The notes below the pieces were generated by a model. That model was not told the DNA's origin, did no database searches, and saw only the letters and a list, made by a program, of their open reading frames with translations. Below, in pieces: positions 52,546-64,000 of a DNA stretch of 64,000 nucleotides. Both the position numbers and the translations under genes were made by a program. Origin of the DNA: Raillietiella orientalis (lineage: Eukaryota); contig JAYWIR010000004.1 in NCBI GenBank assembly GCA_036172245.1, forward strand, positions 6,324,001 to 6,388,000, written 5' to 3'. The number at the start of each line of letters is the position of its first letter. The stretch's first letter is position 1.

Positions 52546-54079
52546 TTTAAAGAATGCTGGAAGAAGAACTTGAGATGCCGAAGTGAATCGCAGTGAGGAA
52601 GGAGAGCCTTGAACTCAGGAAGTCCAGAGATACGTGAACATAAAGTTTATAAGTACTGTTGTGAAAGTTTTCTTTGACTCTTTGTTTCATATTCATTGTA
52701 TGCTGCACTTTTGCAATGCAAGCAACACTGTGCTTGTTTCTGAGAGCTGTCTTCTGTTTAATTTGTGATTCAAGACTCACCAAGTTGATTCACCAGAAAA
52801 TGGGAAGGCAAATGAACGTGTGACCATTCCATTGCAGCTCCTAAAGATGTTATTGAGCTCAAGTTTGAAATTCGAGTTTACTTTTCCACTTTGGGCAGAT
52901 TTGTGGCGAGAGTTTCCGCTATCCCTTACCAGGATCTTCAGCGAAAATTCACAAGTCTAAGCAAAACTTTGGGTTTTTCTCGTCTGTCCACTCTTACAAT
53001 GGCCATGAGCACACATAGATGCAGGTATCGCTCCTTGACTAAATAAATCTGCTAAAGTTCGCTCACCATTCTGTTTAACGAATGTTGCACAAAATGGGAT
53101 CGTACATCGAATGCCATTGGGTGTTGGTCAGGTGAAGTATAATGAGACACGGATTGACCTCAGCAGCAATCAATCCTAATGAACCTTTTTCACACGCCTT
53201 CATTCTTCAGAGAGCCTGAGGTACAACAGCTTCTTGAGCTTTTCTCTCGAATTCAGGAAATGAGTTTTGAAAACTGATTTCTCTGTCACTAATATCCTGC
53301 GCTAATGGTTCCTGAGAGCTTGCTCAGCACCTTATAGGATAGTTGAGCTTCTCACGAGTTAATTTGGAAGTCAAAAAGTATTCGAAGATTGATGTTCTTT
53401 TGATATGTAGCGTCACAATAGCGAGGAATCCATCCATCACGAGTACCAACTCTTTTGTCAAAGATACAAGGATTCACTTCCTAAATATTTGAAATCATTC
53501 TTCTTCAAGTAATCATACATAATTTAACACTAGATGGCTTTCCAGATTGGTTTCGAGGAGGCTTTCGTTCTCAAAATTCTAAAGCAACCATCCCTTCCCC
53601 CAAAAAACTATTAGGTAAATATGATTGTCCTCGTTGCTAGGGAAGTGATTCGGAGTTAAAGCTATAGCATTGTTTCATTGGAGTTCTAAATTTTTCTGCA
53701 GAATTCCAACCTTATAGGATGAATCACCGCTTTTCTCACTCTACATCTTGCACTCTCTTGATAAGAACAGTCTCTTCCTCAGAACATGATCTTTTTCGAC
53801 GCATCCATCTGTGAAATTATCTCCCTGTTTTGAATTCTGAACCCAGTGTATTCTAACATATTTGCCCATGATCTGGATCTTTCCGCTTCCCCCACCCCCA
53901 CCCCTTCGTTGGCGTATTGAGAGCACGGTATAACCAAAGAACTTTTCTAATTCAGATCTTATTTCTATTCAGATTTTCGTTGGTTGCAAGCACAGTTAGC
54001 ACTGACACTTCATTTCCACTTGCAGACTTTCGAAAATACCTCATGAGATGTATGCTGTGGAATAAAAAGGACCCAGACC

Positions 54080-56080
54080 GAACACTACTTCTCGTCAAGA
54101 CATGCAGACAACTAAGAAAGACACTTAAATATTGGCAAATCCATTTTTCCATGGCATCTGTTATTTTAATTTCCAAACTTTCTTCAGATGCCAACGAGAG
54201 TATGTTCGTGGTTCCTCAGTGCGCGCAGAAAGATGAAGCTCGTCTCCTTGAAACCGAAATGGTAGGAAGTGTCTTTAAACTACAGGGTGCAGATGCTGTT
54301 CTTGACCAAAGGAAAATAGGGATGGCTTGATTATGCTTCGAAACATAACTGAGCCATTCTTAAGACGCCAGGGTGTTTTGTAACAAAACTCCATCCAATC
54401 CTTGTAGCAATGGCTTCTGCAGCAACAAAACACTTTGTGTCTGATGCCTTCTAGTCGATGTCCCTAGATGGCGAAGAGCTCGGGAGTCACGAAGGTTCAA
54501 TATTCGGAGTCCTCTCATCTCCGTGGCATCCAGAGGGGCGCTATATATATCCCTCTGCCTCAAGGGAGACGGAACCGTTTATTTAGTAATTTGTCCTCTT
54601 ATGGAAAGAGCGACAGTTATATGGACGAGTCGTTCGGTGTCAGGCACAAGCTCTACCTCTTTCTGACAAGATTCAGCCCATTTCCTTTGAAGCCAATGAA
54701 AAAATGATACTTTTCACTGGCTCACAGACTGCGTTGTTTCGTTTGGTAGCTTCGGCTGATGATTGAGTTGTGAGTTCTGGAAACAGAGCCCGTTACTTCC
54801 TTCTTGTCCACAGAACAAAACGTCACCAAAGGTCCACCGCTGATACGAAGGTAGTTTTTCACTGAATCTCCATCGATGCAACAAAGGATTGCCAGCACCA
54901 TGCAGGAATTCCAATGCTGCTAATGGACTTTTTATAAAAGATTCCATCATGCGTCTCTGATAGAGCTCTTGCTGCAAACCTACGCTTCTTTGACAAAATC
55001 TGTCGGTGGTTCTCGTCTCCAGATGTCTGTTCCATCGACTTCCTATGTTCCACTATCTCTTTGGAGCTCTAGTATGTCTATTGAGAGCGGACTCGATAGA
55101 ATAAACTCTGCGACCTCTTCCACATGGCTCCAAACTTTCGCTGATGCAGAAAGAAGAGAGGCCAATTAAGGACTTTTTCTACGGTTTACGTATGCTTGCC
55201 TGAGTTGGAGTCATACCAACTCCGGACCACTAGTTTCAACAGAGCTCACTGAAAGTTTTTTATAGCTCACTGGAGGATAGGAGGAATGTCTTCAGACAAT
55301 CCTTTTCCAGGGAGCGATGGACCTACAAAGAGGTTTTATGGTTGCGCTTTCCAGTCCCTTCCAGATTTCTCATTAGGCAAGATTGAACTTGATAGCCTTT
55401 TTTTTTTTTTTTTTCTTAATAGCCTTTTCATGACACCCATAGAACTGCTTCCTGAAGTGTCATTGGGATAGTATTTTTACTCCGGAATGCATCTCGCGGA
55501 CTGTTTGAGGAGTTACCAAGAGGAATGAGGAGGGAAGGGCAAGATCGTAAGGGTTGATTGATAAAAGAGAATGGCTGGCCAACTGACCAAAACATCCAAA
55601 CACTCGCCGCGTAGTTTCTGAGAATGATGCGTTCGGGACCGTCCATGCTCGTTAATACGCCGGAATGATCGATTCAAGGATCACATTCAAAATTCCGGGA
55701 ATGTTGACCGCAGAGTGAATGCAGGATGGAAGAAAAGGCTGACTACAGAGTGGATGCAAAGTGGAAGAGGAATCCGGTTAGCGGGTAGGTGCGTCTGATC
55801 ATTGGTTCAAAAAGCGACTCAGGGAACGGAGGAGGTTTCTCTCAGCAGCGATCGCTCACTTTGGAACCCTCGCACCATCAAGAACACGGGGAGGTACGCA
55901 CCCATTCTAGGCACTCTCAGATACCCGCTACTTCGAGACATTTTGCTCCTTTGGTTCCAAACAGAGTTCTCATGTTAAGGATCTTAGGGAAAAAAACGAA
56001 ACTGCCCTCATCGGCTGTTGCCTGCCTGCACCCTACTGTCTGCTTGCTGGCACATCACCTGCGATCGAAATGCTCATGGG
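54080..56080 (+). mobile_element. LINE ORF2 remnant (RT to C-terminus)
   Basis: LLLVK...LKYWQIH...ISKL...ESMFV...FKL (ORF 53917..54330; ~LIPK..LKNWRPI..ISK..QSAFV..LKLD). SESSHLRGIQRG..IPL (54522). WHITCDRN (~WxIWxxRN, 56048). Confidence 0.6.
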
Positions 56081-56155
56081 AGACCATTAAAAATTGGTAC
56101 TCTGGCTGTGTTCCTAAGGGTTACAAGCTGGTGTTGCCTGTTGCGATCAGGACAG

Positions 56156-56181
56156 TTAGGTAGGTCCTTAGGTAGGTCCTT
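56156..56181. repeat. 12-bp tandem duplication
   Basis: ttaggtaggtcc x2 plus tt. Confidence 0.9.
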
Positions 56182-57129
56182 CATTATGGGGAACTGCACA
56201 GATCCTGTAGACCCTGTCCCTCGGACTAAAATTCACATCACATGGAGAAACCACATTTAAGAGGCACATCGTACGGAATGCGGTATCGTTGCTTCTTCCA
56301 GTATCTCATCTCTTATGAATCTCCAATCAGAGGGAATCAGAGGACTATCTAGTGTAGGAAAAATGGATCTGGAAGTATTTCAGTGTCTTCCTTAGTTATC
56401 TGCATGTCTTGACGAGAAGTAGTGTTCGGCTAGGGTGCTTTTTATTCCACAGCATACATCTCATGAAGTCTTTTTGAAAATCTGCCGGAGGAACCGAAGC
56501 ATCAATTGCTTCCATTGGCCGTCACTTGCCTAAACGAATAAGCTAGAAGTTGATTTAATTTTGAGAAGGCAAGACGAAGCAATGTTAAGGAATAAATATG
56601 AGGAAAGAAGTATGTTGGGTTACTAGTATCGGTTATACGATTGAAGGCAAGAAATAGCTGAATGTCAAGATCTTGATGGTGACAGACACAACTCGTATCT
56701 TGGTTTCACTCTGAGTTATTGGTTAATCCTAAGAGAATGTTTCATTCCATTCACTAAGAATGTACTTAGATTAGAATTCAAGTTTCGCACGTCGTTGCCG
56801 AAAAATCACAGCGTTTTCAAGATATCCCCTCAAGAGTCACAACATCGAGTCTCAGCATTCAGGTTATGTCAGGCTAGAAATTGGAACATTCATATTAGAT
56901 GTAATTGATAACGTCATAATTACCAATCACATCTTCATTTGTTGAATTGAGGAATAGAAAACAAGTCCGTGCCGTCTGGAAAATCTTTTGCAAGAATAAG
57001 ATATCCACAGCTTTCAAAAGGCATTTATTCCATGGCTTCAATCGGGTATCATTCTTTCGACTTATTGTCCAAACATCTCTCTTCACAAGCATATTGGTGA
57101 TCTTGAACTCGATGCAAAGCAGTCCAGTA

Positions 57130-57545
57130 TGCATCTCGGTAAAACCCTGATAACAGCAATTAGTTTCTTATTCTGCTTTATGATATGTTGATTTGTTTCC
57201 GGAAGTGGAAAGGAGAGAGACTTTCAGTTTAATCGAAGAACCGTAGGCAATGCTATTATTATTAATGAATGTTAATTTTTCGCCACTCTTTCACAGCTTT
57301 ATAGCTCTTAAATTCTTGGTTCACAACTGGAAAATTAGTTGGACATGAGAGAGCATTGATTTCTTCCATCGTGAATTCTTTACCTCGTTTTGCAAACTCT
57401 CCAAGCCACCCAAATGTAGCCCGGTAACTGAAATTTAGCTCAGCATCCTATTTGCAATTTTCTTCCAGATCAAAATTTCAGTATTGATGAGTACTGCAAA
57501 AATGATTTTAGAGCATTTGTAGCAACCATTTGAGTCTCGAAGATT
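57130..57545 (-). mobile_element. LINE linker plus RT N-terminal remnant
   Basis: SRLKWLL (57540-57520), FTMEEINA (57375), IIALP, N*KSLS (~NWRPIS, 57229), YQGF (57152), all colinear. Confidence 0.6.
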
Positions 57546-58499
57546 CTCTGATTATTCTCTGGTCATCATCATATTCCAGATAATCAGAAAGGACTTTCAA
57601 TGGGTTTTTGGTATCGTTTTAGATTTCGAAAGGACAAAAAGGAAATGACAACATGAGCTCCAGCTTGAGACTTACTTAAGACTTAAAACCTAAACCTCAT
57701 CTTATGCAACTTTTAATGGTTATCCAGTATTGACGTGGAATCTTGACAACCTTACACCCCGTAGGGAAACGTAGGGATCCCACAAGTGCATTGAAAGTAG
57801 TGGTCAGCTCTCCAGTGAAAGCAACTTTCGAATTAGAGGAAAAAGTACTGGGGAGAAATGAAGTTCCTGTAAAAGTTGGATACATGGACTTAAAAAAAAG
57901 TACAAAGATCATTCTCATCAGAAATTAGAAAAATGATAATTCCAGAATTTTCTATCTCAATTAATTCGAAGGTCTTAGGATCAAATGTTGGTTTTTCTTT
58001 AAACTGATAGATTTTTTTAACAACCCATATGTCTTAAATCATCCTGGTAAGGTAGACAAGCAAAACTAGTGATTTTATTTGTCCTCTTTGAGGGAAAAAG
58101 TAATGCAAAATAGAAAATCAATGCCTGTGAGATGATGATTTCGTGAAAGAGCTAGATGTTTCTCTGCCGTTGTCATACGAAGGATACTCTTTTAGCCCAA
58201 ATTTGAAAGGAGTTTCGCTTTCTGATGAAATTCACTGTTTTTGAGAGCGTCAACGAAAGGCAGTGCTGGCTGCCTCCGAATCACCTCGGATTATTCCTAA
58301 AACCAAATATCGAGTGTGAAAAAGAACCACACTTTGGGGAAATCAAACATAGCAGGAATGCACCAAAACTTTAAAAACTCGTCCACACTCTCAGAGGAGA
58401 TAACATTTCACTAACAAAATAATAATAATCACTTTACTAGTATATGTTTCATAGGAAGCATATGTTTATTACTTGTGCCACTGCATGTATCCTGTTCCC

Positions 58500-58725
58500 A
58501 TTGCGATTTCAACAGGCATTTGGCCTTTATCCACTGGATTTGCATGTTCTGCTTTCGTAATTTGTTCCATGGATTCTAAACTTTAAGAATACTCTTTGTG
58601 TTCAAGACTCTGGGCATAGACTTCTCAAGAAAGAAAATGTACGTTTTAACCTGGGGAACCAAACGCAAGATTTCCTTCGTCTTTAGAGGGCTGTCGTGCA
58701 AGCCAAGGTGAGCCTGTCAAGTTGC
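58500..58725 (+). mobile_element. LINE RT fragment
   Basis: QQAF, LDL (58534), FVPWIL (58561), VRFN, QGEP (58704). Confidence 0.4.
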
Positions 58726-60129
58726 TCTAAATCATCAGAAACCTTAGAGTTCTTATTGATCGTTGAGACGAAGCTGTGAATGCAACACAAGGTGCAACTA
58801 GTGGTCAGGCAAAAGCTGTGTTCTCTCTGGCATATAAGGAATGAAAACCTTTGCCTTTTCCAGTTCGAGAAAAGTGACCGAAAGTTAAGAGTTATAGCAT
58901 GTTATTTGCTGTTCATTTCTGGTTTGCAAAAGGTTAAAAGAGAAAAAGACATCTAGAACAAGTTTTTCGAAGCAATTTGAAAAACTGGATACAATTGTTT
59001 TATAAAAGCACCTTCTGGTAAAACCTACATGGTTAATGGGTTCCCATTATGAAACTTTCCTTGGATAAATTTATGGAAACTGCTCTCATTTTCGGAATGG
59101 TAACTTCTAAAATTAGCTTCGTTCTGCATGAAATTGTCTTAATTCTTCTCCTGAACAAGCTGGTCACTGGCGATAAATTTGAAGTTCCAGCTCAAAAATC
59201 GAGATTTTCCTCCTGCCACTGAGTTACGCTCTTTGCCCCATCGTCAAACATGTCTACTACACCACATCCTCAAGTACTACGAAGACACGAATAGGAACCC
59301 TGAAGGCAACCATCGAGACACTGAATTAATAAAATCTCCATTGAACTTGGGAAGCTATGTATATTGGATACGCTTATACATGTGGCTTTTGGTGTTTAAG
59401 TTATCCTATTCGTATTAGGTCATCTGTTTATTCAATGATAAGTGTGTGATCAGGTAAATGAAGTGCAACCATAAACACCCTGAATGTAAGGATCGCCTAT
59501 TGTGCTGTATATCCTCTGAAGAACACATACACATTCTCGGTTTTCACATTCGATTCTCGTCTGTTAGAGGAAAGTAGGAACAGAAGTTTGGGAGGCACCG
59601 GGTTACTGGCTGATTGTCGAATTCGAAAATGTGGTTCTCGGAGCGAGAAGAATGAGACAGAGAATCTTTGAATGGCAAGAAAATGGCAAAGGAAAAGCAA
59701 AGCCTTCCGAGAGAACATACCAATCCAAGGAAACATCTCTTTTTTTCTCTTCCGGATTCCATGATTCCCGAAAGGCAAAAAGGTTTGCGCCCGTTTCGCC
59801 CGTATAAACTGAACTCTACAATTATCGTGTCCCGCATGATTTGTTGTTCCTAATAAAAAATAATACATAGATATTGTGACTGAAAGTGCTGCAAATACTC
59901 TAAATTTTTCGAAAAAAAATGTCAAAGCTTCGGAGAACATCAGAATCGCAACAAACATATAGAATAATTAGCGTAATAATACCTATAGTTCTTTCACATC
60001 ACCCCTTTCATCTGTTTTCTCAATGGGTTTTAGCAGAAGGAGTTTCAAGATTCAAGGGAATCGAAAGTCTCTCCTCCTTTACACGCTGATGATTTCTGGA
60101 GTGATTCCAAGATTCCTCAATCGCGTGAA

Positions 60130-60290
60130 AAGTTCTAAAGCCTCTCATTGGAAAAAATTTCCAAGATTCCAAGGCTGGTAATTTAGTAATCAAGCAGGCT
60201 GGTACCAAGTAATCTTTGTTGAAGGACAAAGCCGATTCGGGCATCCAAGGAACCGCGGCTGTGTTTGCAAATAATACAACCCATTGGAGA
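60130..60290 (-). mobile_element. LINE RT C-terminal fragment
   Basis: ORF 60020..60343 reads VLFANTA (~LFADDT), SALSFNKD (~SGLxIN), YL, LESWK. Confidence 0.35.
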
Positions 60291-63200
60291 CTCTGAAAAC
60301 TGGGATGAAAACGCAGGACATTAGTCAGATGTTTGTTTATCAAAGTCGGGCTTCCATCAATAGCATGAGTTTTCCTTAGGCAATTATCCTTGAAGCAAAG
60401 AAGACCTCGGATTTTTCAATACCGGAGTAAGTCGATTCGCCTTTTGCGCAGTTTTTTGTTCACTAAAGCACCTGCAACACCGCTCTTCCGTTATTCCCGA
60501 CTTGTCCTGAGGCCTTCCTCAGCAACCACGCTCTCACTCCTAGACTCATACCTAGGCTTTTTCTCAGAACCAAACAGAATTTCGATGACGCCAAACCTGT
60601 GCCAATAGGCGAATAGGCAGCGCAGTCGACCAGGACATGTCGGTGATGGCTTCTATTGTCAGCAGACAAGTTCATGGTCCTGGCTGATCGTGCAGCCGAG
60701 AAAGCTATCTTGCATTTTGCATCCGAATCGCACTCCCGCTTATGAAGTGGCATCTCGGGCTCCGCGAATAATTTTATCAGCGTTCTGCACGCCCTCAGGC
60801 ATCTCTGCCGAGGTTGGATGGAGTTCGTGTGCTCACCATCGCATGCAAACTTTGGTCCTTCTTCCCGGTGACCTCACACGTTTCGTCCAGCTTCCGGACT
60901 TATCCTGTCGGAAGTGCAGCTTGCGAAAATATGTCTTAGACGTCGGCTGCCGATCTCTCCTCAGCAGCTGCAAATTCGACTATTGCTCACTCTCGGAGGC
61001 CGCTTTAAAAGGGGGGCCACATGCAGGCATCTCCAGGAACCAGAAAACTGCTAGACTGAATGAATGAATAAAAAAGAATGCAGGGAAGAGACACATGGCA
61101 AATCTCAGCTGCTTTCCGTGATCACTGTGGTCCCGAGCAGCGATTGCTGCCCGAGGAGGGAGAAAAAAAATTGAAAGCAGTAGAACTTTCATCCTAGTAC
61201 CTAAGACACTGATGCCGGAATATGAATGAGGCTGGATGAAATACGACTCGAAAATGCCGCTCAAGTCCAAGAGGAAGTTAACAATAAAAATTTCACGAGT
61301 CTGACTGATCTTGCATCTGCATCATGTGGGACACTTGCTGGCGACAGTTACCACACCTTGAATTCTGCAGCACCCTCTAAAAGAAAGAAAGTCTCAAGAT
61401 ATTCTATCCCGGGAGAAGCCATGACTTTACGACTGCGTCGAGGTCATATATATTCTGCAAATCTCGGGTTCCTGAGTCTCCCTCCAACAGAGGTGAAAAC
61501 GGAACAGTCACTTTTCCTCGAAGTCCACAAGCGACCTGAAATTAAGGTTTTTAGACAGGAGCGAGTGAGACTCGCGCGCCGAAAATTGGACTAAGCCACA
61601 CTAAAAAAATAAAATACCAGGGAAACACTGTAAATGTGTTCTCAAAGGGTGTACTGTACAGGAAGGAAAATTAGCCGTATTGCACGATTCCTTTTGTTCA
61701 TTAAGGACCCTTATTTTCCGCAAATCTATTGCGGTGCAGATTAAAGAGTAGCTGATTTTGAAAAGCGGCCCGTGTCATTCTCAATCTAAGGAATAACACA
61801 AAAGAGATCAATTGGAACTTGCAGATTCTAGAATTCACCGAAACAAGAAGCGGACGAAACCACTCGGATGAAAGCAAATTGCTCTTCTAAGCGAAAGTTA
61901 GCAAGCATCCAACAAGCTGGACATCCCGGAAAAGATGAGAGGGAAAGACAGTCTGGATACAGCAAACAGATAAATTCACAACCAAAGTTGCAAAATGCTT
62001 CCGTAGCACTAAAAAGTGCCTTACAGGATCCTCAAACCTCGAGAATTTTCGACACTACAACACAGCATGTAAGACTCCTTAGTACTATTGCCGCGCTGCT
62101 GCTAAATCCTAGATGGACCTTGGAACTAACTCAATCGCGCAATCATTCGTAAATACCGGTTGCAAACACCATTCTTAGAGAAAATATTTTCTCAAGACTT
62201 GAAAAGTGAGTCAGCTCATAGTGAAGGCCAAAGGGAAATCTCAGAAATGCTCCAAATTAAATTTCTAGCATCCGGAACACGAGAAGGAAACATCAGATAC
62301 GTTGAGGTTGGGAAGAATTGCTTCCACAGAGCCTCTGAGTTTTAGGTTCAATTTGGAATCAAACCCGTGGAAATTGAAGACAAACACTTTTGGAAAAAGC
62401 TCTTTATCTCGAAGAAATCTGAGTGAGGCTGTTCTTTTTTGATACCTTTTAGAAAGTTCCTCGGTGCGCTTGTTCAACATCTTCCTGCTGAGTGAAACCT
62501 GCATGAAAATTTCCTACTATAAACCTAGGGCAACAAATGCATCGCCCTGAAGAGATACTACAAGTAGTCGAGGGTGAAACATTTTTCAGAAATGAGACAG
62601 ATGAATTTCAAAGTTGAGAAAACATGGATTATCGATCTTTTAGGAAGAATGTAAGGGCATTGCCAGCACAACGATTGCAGCTTCCTTTCATAAATGCTGT
62701 ACAAAGGTACTCGAAAATTGTATGATCGAATCCAGAAGTAAAGGTAAATTTTCATTTGGTTCAAAGCTCGGAAATCGGACCAAACTCACACGACCACTGA
62801 TGAAATGTACTTTGCAACAAAAAAAAACCGATGCATTTTTTTGTTCAGTTTCCTGTTGTTGTTTTTTTTAATGCTTGACTACATAAAGATTCAAGTGCTG
62901 TAGTCCAAATAAAACCTGAAAAAGCGGTAAATAACCTAATAAAGGTTTCATTTCTGAATACCTTAAATGTTGAGATTGTTAATAAATATTCAGCTCTGTA
63001 ATATTTAGCTCAGAAAACTTGGACTGAATAACAAATCAAGACTTCCAAACAAATGGAAAAATCACTTGATAGTTGCATAGTTTTTCAAATTACAAAAGTT
63101 ATCAAAATGTTCTCATCTTAGGTATTCATATGGTCCTACAGATGTGATTGGATTAGTGCATTTCTCAAAATTAGTCCAAATATCTCTTCAAAAGCACCTT

Positions 63201-64000
63201 AGAAATAAATCTATTCGTCATCACAAGTAACAGCATTACTCTAAATTTTGGTGGATACATATATTGTAATAGTAAAGAAAATCTACAATATGATAACCGA
63301 CTGAGAGAAATTAACTTGTAGTGGAGCTTAATATACTTTGATGTATTGTTTATAATATACTAGCTACTCCGATATTTTTACAGCTACTCTGATTTCCACC
63401 ATTAATCACTGGAACGAAATGGCATTTTTCCTTTGAAGAATCCATGTTCTAAGAAACCATGTGGTATAGTGGTAGCCCAGATTAGTTTCCTTTTTTTGTG
63501 TATTTGTCCTCTTTTGCCACTGGTGGTTTCGACATGAAACAGTTCACATTATTTATGGTAAAATAAAACACTTTTAGAGAATTGCCTACTGAATTACAGA
63601 TCTGTTCCCTACAGGAAGAAGGAATCTGTCGTTCACCGCTGCTGTTCACCGTTTCTCTTCATTCTTCAGTTTGTGCTCTTGAATTATTTCAACAAAAGAG
63701 TTTCCTATTTCATTCACGTTCAATATAAATTGTACTGAAAAGCAGTACGCAAAATTCCCAGGTTATGTTTGCTGAGACAATCCAATCAATTTAATGGAAA
63801 CGTGGAAAATCACAAATGCAAAGTGATCATTTCACTTTGATATAACTCCATCAACAAGCACTGAGATCGAGGTTCCTGTGCATTAAAATATGTATGTTTT
63901 GAACAAATCCGATGTGTTTGCTTTCCAAATGTTTGTGTTGTCGTCGAAGTCATGCATATTCATCCAGGAGATGAATCAGCTGTGGAAAAGATTAACGAGA

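Noticed and set aside
60910..60980. RHIFASC as a zf-RVT remnant
   Set aside because: It is a single motif, out of order with the nearby RT fragment, and too weak to call.
63462..63535. tRNA/SINE-like A box TGGTATAGTGG with an imperfect B box
   Set aside because: There is no cloverleaf, the B box is poor, and a T7 run between the boxes would terminate Pol III.

Overview
This is eukaryotic, gene-poor DNA (roughly 40% GC, many poly-A/T runs) with no intact host gene, rRNA, tRNA or CRISPR array that I can support. The short six-frame ORFs are mostly chance or shadow frames. Read across stops and frameshifts, much of the window resolves into a fossil bed of transposable elements. There are about 20 degenerate L1/Tx1-like LINE ORF2 fragments on both strands (EN, RT and C-terminal motifs in the expected order). 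There are also three Ty1/copia pol remnants (two with polypurine tracts), one Ty3/gypsy gag-RH-INT remnant, a younger LTR-PBS-gag-like 5' piece, a probable hAT transposase remnant in an AT-rich island, and a 56-bp TA-flanked mariner/pogo-type MITE. The motif types suggest a land-plant genome, but that is inference. All TE calls come from manual motif matching, boundaries are approximate, and every call needs HMM confirmation. I did not find a defensible novel protein system. The best leads are a shared LINE 3' stem-loop, a short LTR flanked by both a PPT-like tract and an unusual PBS, systematic deletion-shrinkage of the fossils, and CpG-rich fossil islands.
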